A stretch of 32,000 nt of DNA from Candidatus Electrothrix yaqonensis. Lineage in GTDB: Bacteria > Desulfobacterota > Desulfobulbia > Desulfobulbales > Desulfobulbaceae. Shown here piece by piece: positions 18,901 to 27,150 of this stretch. Position numbers and translations under genes: made by a program. The notes under the pieces are model-generated. The model ran no database searches. It was not told the DNA's origin and was given only the letters and a program-made list of their open reading frames with translations. Location: contig CP178758.1 in the NCBI GenBank assembly GCA_047651235.1, positions 630,001-662,000 on the forward strand, given 5' to 3'. Each line of letters starts with the position of its first letter. Position 1 is the stretch's first letter.

Positions 18901-20562
18901 CTACCGCCCCTTGATTTCCGCCCGCACCGCTTCCAATGCCTTGCGTTCCCATTCCAGATCAGGATGCCCGATGGCCTCTTCAATCTCCACGGTGCGGGCC
19001 ATGTACTGCTCCGCCTTGGCAAGGTCTCCCTGCTTCTTGTAGATCATGCCGATGTTCCAGCTCGTCACTGCCTCTCCTGCCCGGTCGCCGATCTCTTGGT
19101 GTATAGCAAGAGCCTGCTCCAGATACTTGAGGGCCGTGTCGTACTCGCCCCGTGCCTTGTAAATCTGGCCGATGTTGTTCAGGGTGGTGCCTTCCTGACT
19201 CCTATCACCGATCTCCCGGCAGATGGCAAGGCTCTGCTCCAGATACTTGAGGGCCGTGCCGTAATCACCCCGTGCATCGTAAATCTGGCTGATGTTGTTC
19301 AGGGTGGTGCCTTCCCCTGCCCGGTCGCCGATCTCTTGGCGGATGGCAAGGCTCTGCTCCAGGTACTTGAGGGCCGTGTCGTAGTCGCCCCGTGCATCAT
19401 AAATCTGGCTGATGTTGTTTAGGGTGGTGCCTTCCCCGGCCCGGTCGCCGATCTCCTGGCGGATGGCAAGGCTCTGCTCCAGATACTTGAGGGCCGTAGC
19501 GTAGTCGCCCTTGGCGTATGCAGTCGTGGCAAGGTTGTTCAGGGTGGTGCCTTCCCCTGCCCGGTCGCCGATCTCTTGGTAGATAGCAAGGCTCTGCTCC
19601 AGATACTTGAGGGCCGTGGCATAGTCGCCCCGTGCCTTGTAAATCTGGCTGATGTTGTTCAGCGTCGTGCCTTCCCCGGCCCGGTCGCCGATCTCTTGGC
19701 GGATGGTAAGGCTCTGCTCCAGATACTTGAGGGCCGTGGCATAGTCGCCCCGTGCCCGATGAATGCCTGCGATGTTATTCAGGGTGGTGCCTTCCCCGGC
19801 CCGGTCGCCGATCTCTTGGCGGATGGTAAGGCTCTGCTCCAGATACTTGAGGGCCGTGGCATAGTCGCCCCGTGCATCATAAATCTGGCTGATGTTGTTC
19901 AGGGTGGTGCCTTCCCCGGCCCGGTCGCCGATCTCTTGGCTGATAGCAAGGCTCTGCTCATACAGGGGCAGGGCCTCGCTGTACCGGGCAATGCGGTACA
20001 GGTCATTGCCTGCCTCGTTCAGGTAGTAGGCCCGATCCTTCTTCTCCCCCTCCGGCAGCAGGGCAGCAGCCTTTTGCCAGTACTCTGCCGCCTTGGCATA
20101 GCGCAACTGTACTTCCTGCAACTTAGCCTGGTCAACATTGGTTGTGGCCGCAGAGATACGCCGCTGCCGGGCAGCCTGCTCCATCTCCTCAATGGCCGCA
20201 AGGTCACGGGCCTCGGCCTGGTTCAACAAGTCCTCAGCCTTAGTGTACTCACCCGCCTCAATGGCCTGCCCGGCCTCCTGCTTCAGGCGTTGCACCTCCG
20301 GGTCTGCGGACTGCACTGTTGCCAGCCGGGCCAGCAGTTCCTTGTGGGTGGCGGCAATCTCCCGCAGCTTGGCATCCAGGTCGCCAGGCGGCACCTGCTG
20401 CTCCTCCAGTATCTTAAAGAAGCTGGCAAGGGCGGACTCGGTGACGGCCAAGTTGCCTGCAAGCTCGGCAAAGTCCTTGGAGGAGAGGCCGTAGTTCACA
20501 TCGCGGCCCGCAACAACATTACCGCTCCCCCACAGCCTCTGGATGAGTCTCTGCAGCATCAT
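18901..20562 (-). CDS. TPR-repeat protein, paralog 2 (eight 40-aa units)
   Basis: 553 aa with the same coiled-coil plus TPR architecture as paralog 1. The start ATG overlaps the stop of the upstream small ORF (ATGA). Confidence 0.85.
   Translation of the reverse strand: MMLQRLIQRLWGSGNVVAGRDVNYGLSSKDFAELAGNLAVTESALASFFKILEEQQVPPGDLDAKLREIAATHKELLARLATVQSADPEVQRLKQEAGQAIEAGEYTKAEDLLNQAEARDLAAIEEMEQAARQRRISAATTNVDQAKLQEVQLRYAKAAEYWQKAAALLPEGEKKDRAYYLNEAGNDLYRIARYSEALPLYEQSLAISQEIGDRAGEGTTLNNISQIYDARGDYATALKYLEQSLTIRQEIGDRAGEGTTLNNIAGIHRARGDYATALKYLEQSLTIRQEIGDRAGEGTTLNNISQIYKARGDYATALKYLEQSLAIYQEIGDRAGEGTTLNNLATTAYAKGDYATALKYLEQSLAIRQEIGDRAGEGTTLNNISQIYDARGDYDTALKYLEQSLAIRQEIGDRAGEGTTLNNISQIYDARGDYGTALKYLEQSLAICREIGDRSQEGTTLNNIGQIYKARGEYDTALKYLEQALAIHQEIGDRAGEAVTSWNIGMIYKKQGDLAKAEQYMARTVEIEEAIGHPDLEWERKALEAVRAEIKGR
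18985..19944. repeat. 8 x 120-bp coding tandem repeat (TPR units) in paralog 2
   Basis: The same 120-nt unit as in paralog 1. Seven units are near-identical and the terminal unit is divergent. Confidence 0.85.
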
Positions 20563-20798
20563 TGCCGCTCCACCTTCACATCACCGGTACCGGAGACGAT
20601 ATTGCTGTCCCCCTTCACTGCCTGGTTGACCCGTACCTCCTCAGCACCGGCAGCACGGCCTCTGCCCCTGTGGAACAGAGGAGCGAACAGTCTGGTAATG
20701 AGGAAGTACAGGACACCGAGTGCTGTCAACCCCGTACCGCTCCAGGTTACCTCCGGATGTTCCTTCAGATACTGCAGTATGTCAGCAAGCTGTTCCAT
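20559..20798 (-). CDS. Small single-pass membrane protein translationally coupled to TPR paralog 2
   Basis: MEQLADILQYLKEHPEVTWSGTGLTALGVLYFLITRLFAPLF-HRGRGR…KGDSNIVSGTGDVKVERQ*. A GGAGGGA RBS precedes the ATG at 20798. The tail motif SGTGDVKV matches SGTGNVTV in the N-terminus of paralog 1. Confidence 0.5.
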   Translation of the reverse strand: MEQLADILQYLKEHPEVTWSGTGLTALGVLYFLITRLFAPLFHRGRGRAAGAEEVRVNQAVKGDSNIVSGTGDVKVERQ

Positions 20799-21004
20799 AT
20801 GGACTCCCTCCATTCAGTAGGATATCATCGGTCAACCTCCTCACCATAACCCAATATCCCGCCTTCCTCCAGCAGAAACAGCCTGCCGGGCCGGAGAGCA
20901 GACCCCGCCTGCTCCTCCGCCTGAGCCGATTGAGGACAAAGCTGTAGTGCTCGGCAGTCTCCTCAGCGACCGACAGGGCGGGGCCGCAAGGTTCCGCCTT
21001 TCTT

Positions 21005-21469
21005 TTATGCCCGGCCTGCCCAGTTGATGCGCAGAACAAGCTCCCGGACTGTTTCGTAGATCTTCTCGTCACTGCCAGCCCTTGGCCCGGCGATATTCAG
21101 TACGCTGACCGCATGTTTTGACAGCCATTGTTCAACCGTGCGGACAGCGCTGTCTATGGCGTAATATTCCATATTGAGATGCAGACAGGGGCGGTCATAG
21201 CGGATCGCCAGGGCTTCGGTCAGGGCGGAACCGCCGGTGAGCGGCCCGGACGAGACGATCAGGGTGGCGTCGCTTTCCACCACATTTTTCCGGGTCCGGT
21301 CCCGGTAGCGGTACGAGTCGAGTTCCTGCAGGCAGTAATGCTGGGCAAGCGGGCCGTCTTCTGTTATTCTGCCGCGCGGCAGCCAGCCGCCGTGGGGGAT
21401 ACCCAGCTCTATGGCGGCATCCAGAGCAGCGCGGTCAGCCCCTGTCTGCCCTCCTGAAATAATCTTCAT
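21005..21469 (-). CDS. Circularly permuted YpsA/SLOG-family protein (formerly 'putative molybdenum carrier')
   Basis: MKIISGGQTGADRAALDAAIELGIPHGGWLPRGRITEDG…RTRKNVVESDATLIV is a hallmark of this family. The internal ATG at 21469 with an AGGA RBS was used. Confidence 0.6.
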   Translation of the reverse strand: MKIISGGQTGADRAALDAAIELGIPHGGWLPRGRITEDGPLAQHYCLQELDSYRYRDRTRKNVVESDATLIVSSGPLTGGSALTEALAIRYDRPCLHLNMEYYAIDSAVRTVEQWLSKHAVSVLNIAGPRAGSDEKIYETVRELVLRINWAGRA

Positions 21470-21596
21470 ATCCTGTTTTTCCTGTCCGTTTGTCGTTTCC
21501 GGCTTGGCAGACAGCGGATAATAACGTATTTTTTTCTTATAGGCATCTTCTTCCTGTTGCGCAACCGTTAATTCCCTGAATGCGGAGGGCCGGATC

Positions 21597-22631
21597 ATGA
21601 GAGAGGCAGAGCTGTACATCTGGGAAAAGGACAAAATGGTTGCATGTTCTCTCTGCAGTCACCGCTGTCATATCGGGATAGGAAAACGGGGGATCTGTGG
21701 GGTCCGGGAGAATCGGGACGGAAATCTGTATTCCCTGGTGTACGGCAGGCTGATTGCCGGAAGCGCTGATCCGATTGAAAAAAAACCGCTTTTTCATTTT
21801 CTTCCGGCAAGCCGTTCCTATTCTGTTGCCACAGTGGGCTGCAATTTTTCCTGTCAGCATTGTCAGAACTACCGTATTTCCCGGTATCCGCAGATACATC
21901 GGGGCAGGATTTCGGGCACTCGCTTTACTCCGGAGCAGGTTGTCGAGGCTGCGGAACAGAGCGGCTGCCAAAGCATCAGCTATACCTATGTGGAACCGAC
22001 CATTTTTTATGAATTTGCCCGCGACTGCATGGAGCTGGCCCATGAACGGGGCCTGGCCAATATCTTTGTCAGCAACGGCTACATGACCCCGGAATGCTGC
22101 CGGGAACTCACCTCTCTGCTTGACGGTATCAACATTGACATCAAAGCATTTTCTGATGATTTTTATCGGACGGTCTGTAAAGCATCCCTGCAGCCTGTCC
22201 TGGATACCGTGCGTTTAATGCGGGAACTCGGAGTCTGGGTGGAGGTAACCACGCTGGTTATTCCCGACCTGAACGATTCGGCTGAAGAACTGCGGAACAT
22301 CGCCGCCTTCATCAGCAGTATCGACCCGGCAATTCCCTGGCATGTGAGCGGTTTCCATCCGACATACAAGATGAAAGACCGGGAACCGACCTCACTGGCT
22401 TCCTTGGATGGAGCGCGGCGGATCGGACTGGACATGGGGCTGCGTTATGTGTATGAGGGCAATATCCGCACTGATAACGGAGAAAGTACCTTCTGTCCGA
22501 CCTGCAGGGCAGAACTGATCTCCCGGAGCGGTTTTCTGGTCCGCAGCAACCGGCTCGATAACAACGGCAGGTGTCCCTCCTGCGGAAAGCATATTGAAGG
22601 CTGCTGGCAGTTTTCCGCTGAACGATTGTGA
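21597..22631 (+). CDS. AmmeMemoRadiSam-system radical SAM enzyme (PflA-like activase fold)
   Basis: N-terminal Cys cluster (CSLCSHRC…GICGVR) and the radical-SAM motif CNFSCQHCQN. A C-terminal zinc-ribbon-like pair, CPTC…CPSCG, is also present. Confidence 0.8.
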   Translation: MREAELYIWEKDKMVACSLCSHRCHIGIGKRGICGVRENRDGNLYSLVYGRLIAGSADPIEKKPLFHFLPASRSYSVATVGCNFSCQHCQNYRISRYPQIHRGRISGTRFTPEQVVEAAEQSGCQSISYTYVEPTIFYEFARDCMELAHERGLANIFVSNGYMTPECCRELTSLLDGINIDIKAFSDDFYRTVCKASLQPVLDTVRLMRELGVWVEVTTLVIPDLNDSAEELRNIAAFISSIDPAIPWHVSGFHPTYKMKDREPTSLASLDGARRIGLDMGLRYVYEGNIRTDNGESTFCPTCRAELISRSGFLVRSNRLDNNGRCPSCGKHIEGCWQFSAERL

Positions 22632-22650
22632 CTGAAAGCTGGAGGCAATA

Positions 22651-23877
22651 ATGCGGCTTCAGAGTTCTACGTCTCCTTTTTCGGGTCGGGGAAGAATTAT
22701 TCTTTTTGCTGCAGCCCTGGCAGGAGCTTTTCTGGCCGGGGTTTTTCTGGCAAAGAAATATTCGGCACGTCAGCCTCCGGAAGAATCGGAACCGCTGCAC
22801 GTTGAACAGCCGAAGATGCCCCCCGCAGAGGAGACCGGAAAACCGGAAACCTCGCCCTCCCCTGCCGCACAGGAAAAATTTTCCTTTCTGGAACAGTGTA
22901 CAGAACCTCATCTTGTTTTTTCTTCTCCTTTTTTTCTACCTGAAGAACCCGATCAATTGAACCTGGTAGAATTTGAACAACTCGCGCAGGTAAAGGAGGA
23001 ACAGGAAGAAAAGGAAGAACCTGAGCAGCCGGATCAACAGAAAATTCTGGAGGAACAGGAGAAGGCGGAAACGCCGAAACCGAAAGTGAAAGTACTGGCT
23101 GCACGTGCTGCTCAACCCGGCAAATTGAACCTAGTAAAATTTGAACAGCTCGCACAGATAAAGAAAGAACCTGAGCAGCCGGATCAACAGAAGAACGCAG
23201 AAACGCCGGAACTGAAAATATTGGCCGTAAATGCCAGAAAAAAAGCAATACAGAACAAGGCGGAAATTCGCAGGAGAGGTCAGGCTCGATTTGTTCAACA
23301 GGAAATAGTTACCTGCAGCGGAGGTATGCTGCCTGCCTTGCGCCAGGTCGTGGCCAACTTGGAGGCACAATCAATCCGGTACGCCAGGGGTCCGCTGAGT
23401 GATTGTTCCGGTATATTTCATCGCGTCCTTCAGGGCATGCAGCGGTGTTGTCCCGGATATGCCTATCCCTCGGTAACGCAGTATCGGGATTCCAGAGCGA
23501 TTGCCCGCTGGTATCATGAGCGGGGCAGACTGGTGCTTGTCAACGATGCTCTGCAGAATACGCATCTGATCAGACCGGGCATGGTCTTTTTTTTCGGACG
23601 GACCGGTAAGCGCTATAAAAAATTAACCGTACCGCAGGTGCTGTCACGCTGGAGCGGTATTTATCATGTCGGTATTGTGGTCCGGGTGCATCGGGATAAA
23701 CGGGGCAGGGTAGTACGGTATGAGCTTTTTCACGGCCACGGCAGAAGAGGCAGGACTCCGGCCTCCACCACGGCCTGGCACCGCCGGAACCCGAGCAGAT
23801 CGGTCTATCCGCCCTTCGGCAACGGTCGGCAGCAGTGGATCGCTGCTGCGCCTCTGCTGGGGTCCGGGAAAAGATGA
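22651..23877 (+). CDS. Membrane-anchored protein with duplicated acidic linker and a C-terminal NlpC/P60-like domain
   Basis: N-terminal TM helix (IILFAAALAGAFLAGVFLA). An E/Q/P/K-rich linker contains an internal duplication (22954-23110 versus 23122-23235). The C-terminus carries PLSDCSGIFHRV…YHVGIVV…HGHG, which resembles the Cys/His core of NlpC/P60. Confidence 0.45.
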   Translation: MRLQSSTSPFSGRGRIILFAAALAGAFLAGVFLAKKYSARQPPEESEPLHVEQPKMPPAEETGKPETSPSPAAQEKFSFLEQCTEPHLVFSSPFFLPEEPDQLNLVEFEQLAQVKEEQEEKEEPEQPDQQKILEEQEKAETPKPKVKVLAARAAQPGKLNLVKFEQLAQIKKEPEQPDQQKNAETPELKILAVNARKKAIQNKAEIRRRGQARFVQQEIVTCSGGMLPALRQVVANLEAQSIRYARGPLSDCSGIFHRVLQGMQRCCPGYAYPSVTQYRDSRAIARWYHERGRLVLVNDALQNTHLIRPGMVFFFGRTGKRYKKLTVPQVLSRWSGIYHVGIVVRVHRDKRGRVVRYELFHGHGRRGRTPASTTAWHRRNPSRSVYPPFGNGRQQWIAAAPLLGSGKR

Positions 23878-24057
23878 TGGCGTTATGCTTATACGGATCA
23901 GTTAGAAGATAATAATTTCATACAGATAGGGGTTACGCAGTTTGTTTTACAACCAGTTGATTTTGTTCAACTGATGGTTTGTAGTTCTAACAAACGAACC
24001 TACTGTAACAACTGTACTTCCTGTTTTAACTGCTTGATTGAAAATCAAGAGGTTGTT

Positions 24058-25023
24058 ATGCAGATTAACAGAAAGAAAAATTTTATATCTATGTTATCAG
24101 TTGCTGCTCTGATCATTTTTACCGGCAGCTCTGCTGCAGCATTCGCCGATGATACATCAGATCAAAACCATAATACAGAAACGAACTGGATGGTGGAGTA
24201 CGTGCAGTCACGGGTAATAGAAAGAACCCTGAGGGACATTCCGGACGGTACTGCCAAGGCACAGCTGCGCTCTATAATCACAGCGAGAATAGTTGGCGGT
24301 ACAAACGCCGGAACGGATGATAATCCATTCCAGGTTGCATTGCTGGACAAAGCGCAGGCTGATAATTATCAAGCGCAGTTCTGCGGCGGCACTTTGGTGC
24401 AACCAAATTTTGTAGTTACTGCAGCGCATTGCAGTGATTTCACTACTGCTGATCAGGTACAGGTGCTCACCGGCACCAGACGTTTAGATGGTACCGGTGA
24501 ACGCCGCGATGTCGTAAGAATTGCTGTCCATCCGGAATGGAGCGACATCACATTCGATAATGACGTTGCTGTCTGGAAATTGTCCACCAACGCAACCGAT
24601 ATCCCCTTGGCCTCGCTTGCAACGGCAGATGGAGCGGTGGGTGAAAACCTGCTTGCAACCGGATGGGGCACTCTTTCCGAGGGAGGTGTCCGCCCAGTCG
24701 ATCTCCAACGGGTGGAGGTACCTCTTGTCGATAGAACAAATTGCAACGATTCCGACTCATACAACGGGGCAGTTACAGAAAACATGCTTTGCGCCGGTCT
24801 GGATGGAGGTGGAAAAGATGCCTGCCAGGGTGATTCCGGCGGCCCGCTTACACGGGGCAATGTATTGACCGGAATTACAAGTTGGGGGACGGGGTGCGCT
24901 CAACCGAATCTCTACGGCGTCTATACCCGTGTTTCAAAAGAAAACATCAGGCAATTCATCAAGGAAGAAATCGGCAGTTACAATATACTCCTTTTTATTC
25001 CGGCTATCTTGGGCGGAAATTGA
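24058..25023 (+). CDS. Secreted trypsin-like serine protease (S1 family)
   Basis: Signal peptide (…IIFTGSSAAAFADD), an IVGG mature N-terminus, and the catalytic triad contexts TAAHC, DNDVAVWKL and CQGDSGGPL. RBS AAGAGG lies before the ATG at 24058. Confidence 0.85.
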   Translation: MQINRKKNFISMLSVAALIIFTGSSAAAFADDTSDQNHNTETNWMVEYVQSRVIERTLRDIPDGTAKAQLRSIITARIVGGTNAGTDDNPFQVALLDKAQADNYQAQFCGGTLVQPNFVVTAAHCSDFTTADQVQVLTGTRRLDGTGERRDVVRIAVHPEWSDITFDNDVAVWKLSTNATDIPLASLATADGAVGENLLATGWGTLSEGGVRPVDLQRVEVPLVDRTNCNDSDSYNGAVTENMLCAGLDGGGKDACQGDSGGPLTRGNVLTGITSWGTGCAQPNLYGVYTRVSKENIRQFIKEEIGSYNILLFIPAILGGN

Positions 25024-25305
25024 GTGTTCAGCCTCACAATTTTTTTTGCTGATTTAACAGGAGGTCCAGCTGCGTAGCAGTTATATTGCTGGCAGAGTTG
25101 TCGTGTGGTATGCAAAGGTCTTCTGGATGGACGGCCTTTTTCTATTTCAGGTAGATCAACCAGTATCCGGAATGCGCTGGAATGAAATGCGCTTTACTTC
25201 AGGCCAGAGGGCTGTTAAAAATAGCTGTGCACCGAGCGATTGGTGCAGGCGCTGGTGCGGGGATTGGATTTATTTTATTTATGACTACAGTTGCAGCAGG
25301 ATAAG

Positions 25306-27147
25306 ATGAACGATTTGTCATCAGCAATTGAAACATTATATGAAAACAGGCAGAAGTTTATCGTAATTGGGCTGACAGGGAGGACAGGTTCAGGGTGTAC
25401 TTCAACAGCTGAATTGCTCAAACAGGACATTCAGACTTTAAAACTCCCTAAGCCACATATTGTAAATAAAAATGAAGAGAGAAAATATCGAATTGTTTAC
25501 GAATTTGCTAGCAGTAATTGGAAGCCATTCCATGTGATCCAAGTAAAAGATGTAATAACTTCATTTATTTTGGAAAACCCCTTTGATAAATTTCTCGCCT
25601 ACGTAACTGAAAAAATAGAACATGAAAATATAGAGTCGCTTCTAAAAAAGAATATAGAAGAAGAATATTCAAAGCTTCACGAGGAAAGAGTTTTTCTTAA
25701 AAAATTAAGAAAGAAGATGGAAAAACGGAATAAAGTAAATAAGAAAAAAACAGAAGAACGTCGAGAGAAGTCCTATAAATTTTATTTTGAAAAACTTCCT
25801 CCATTCACAGAGAAACTAAAAAAAATTTTAAACGATCTTGCTGGTGATAGCTATACGTCACTCTATCAAGTTGCTGGAAACAATATACGGTCATCAGGTA
25901 ATGCCCTTGACGAAAATTTCGATTCAAAAAATATCCTGAGACTGGCCATAAGAGCAAATAAACTAATAAAAATATTTACAAACTTGGCTAAGGCAAACAA
26001 AGAAGAAGTATATATTGTTATTGATGCTATACGGAATCCATTTGAAGCAATTTTTTTTCGAGAACGCTATGCCGCATTCTACTTAATGTCTATTAACACA
26101 GATAATAACGATAGAATTTATAGATTGAAAAAACTCCTTGATCTTAATGACAGTCAACTAGCAAGTATTGACAATAATGAATATGAAAAGAAATTAAGAG
26201 AAGCCGAGGTATTCTACTCTCAAGATATATCAAAATGTATAGAATTAGCAGATATACATATAAATAATCCTCAAAAAGGTGAAAACGATTTCATAACGCT
26301 CAAAAGACAGTTATCTTGTTATATTGCTCTGATAATGCATCCTGGGTTAATAACTCCTTCAAGTACAGAACGTTGCATGCAGGTAGCATATACTGCAAAG
26401 TTAAATTCAGCATGCCTTTCCAGGCAAGTAGGTGCTGCTGTAGCAGACAGAAATTTTTCGATCAAATCTATTGGCTGGAACAACTCTCCTGAAGGGCAAC
26501 CTCCATGTGCTTTAAGAAATATAGAGCATCTTATTGATAACGAAGACCAAGAAGCATATAGTCACTATGAAAAGTATAATAAAAATTTTAGAGATTTCGT
26601 AAGAAATAGATATCAAGACAAAATTGATTCTCAAGAGATACGAGATAAACTTTGCGGACGAAATATATCTTATTGTTTCAAAGATCTTCAAAATAGTTTA
26701 GAGGAAGAAAAAAATCAAGTTCATACCCGTTCATTACATGCAGAGGAAAATGCATTCTTACAACTGGCAAAATATGGTGGATCAGGTATTCAAGGAGGAA
26801 TATTATTTACAACTGCCAGTCCTTGTGAATTATGCTCAAAGAAAGCCTACCAGCTTGGAATAAAGAGAATAATTTTCATTGATCCCTATCCTGGAATTGC
26901 CAAGGAGCATGTTTTAGATATTGGTGCAACAATTCCAAAGTTAGAACTTTTTCACGGAGCAATAGGCCGGGCTTTCAATCAGCTTTTCGAGCCTATTTTA
27001 CCCTATAAAGATGAGCTGTCTTTCATTCTCAATACCGAATGGCCCCGACATATTGTCGAACTGGCAGGGAGCTGGAAAGGCGCTTTTCCTTCTGCCGAGG
27101 AGCTGCGCTCGAATAACGGTAAGGATTTTCCGAGAGAAGATCTGTAG
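25306..27147 (+). CDS. P-loop (kinase-like) / CMP-dCMP-type deaminase fusion of the anti-phage dCTP-deaminase type, with a chimeric 3' tail
   Basis: N-terminal P-loop IVIGLTGRTGSGCTS, with Cys where the Walker A Lys is expected. The C-terminal deaminase zinc motifs are HAEENA and PCELCSKK. The gene is strongly AT-rich except for the last ~100 nt. The architecture matches the published dCTP-deaminase defence genes as I recall them. Confidence 0.7.
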   Translation: MNDLSSAIETLYENRQKFIVIGLTGRTGSGCTSTAELLKQDIQTLKLPKPHIVNKNEERKYRIVYEFASSNWKPFHVIQVKDVITSFILENPFDKFLAYVTEKIEHENIESLLKKNIEEEYSKLHEERVFLKKLRKKMEKRNKVNKKKTEERREKSYKFYFEKLPPFTEKLKKILNDLAGDSYTSLYQVAGNNIRSSGNALDENFDSKNILRLAIRANKLIKIFTNLAKANKEEVYIVIDAIRNPFEAIFFRERYAAFYLMSINTDNNDRIYRLKKLLDLNDSQLASIDNNEYEKKLREAEVFYSQDISKCIELADIHINNPQKGENDFITLKRQLSCYIALIMHPGLITPSSTERCMQVAYTAKLNSACLSRQVGAAVADRNFSIKSIGWNNSPEGQPPCALRNIEHLIDNEDQEAYSHYEKYNKNFRDFVRNRYQDKIDSQEIRDKLCGRNISYCFKDLQNSLEEEKNQVHTRSLHAEENAFLQLAKYGGSGIQGGILFTTASPCELCSKKAYQLGIKRIIFIDPYPGIAKEHVLDIGATIPKLELFHGAIGRAFNQLFEPILPYKDELSFILNTEWPRHIVELAGSWKGAFPSAEELRSNNGKDFPREDL

Positions 27148-27150
27148 TCC

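Noticed and set aside
16810-19944. Regular 120-bp periodicity could superficially resemble a CRISPR-like or other non-coding array.
   Set aside because: There is no alternation of a conserved repeat with unique spacers. The whole unit is conserved, is in frame, and encodes 40-aa TPR pairs.
16644-20849. Plus-strand ORFs antisense to the TPR genes and vapBC (16666-17832, 17917-18786, 18835-19422, 19576-20820).
   Set aside because: They are mirror images of the 120-bp TPR repeats (periodic …LLQILEGR…VNLADVVQGGAFPGPVADL…). The minus-strand products have canonical TPR, PIN and Phd signatures and RBSs, and the plus-strand ORFs have none.
20849-21005. A possible short C-terminal gene remnant on the minus strand (…LRPGRLFLLEEGGILGYGEEVDR*) between the TM ORF and the SLOG gene.
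   Set aside because: It has no start codon and no recognisable family, and it is only about 46 codons long. It cannot be distinguished from chance.
25103-25304. ORFs upstream of the deaminase: the 68-aa track ORF and a 40-codon hydrophobic ORF (25182-25304, MKCALLQARGLLKIAVHRAIGAGAGAGIGFILFMTTVAAG*) ending 1 nt before the deaminase ATG. I also searched here for a VapB N-terminal remnant.
   Set aside because: No AbrB, RHH or Phd-like sequence appears in any frame. The small ORF has a poor RBS and is Gly/Ala low-complexity. It is noted only as a possible small membrane peptide.
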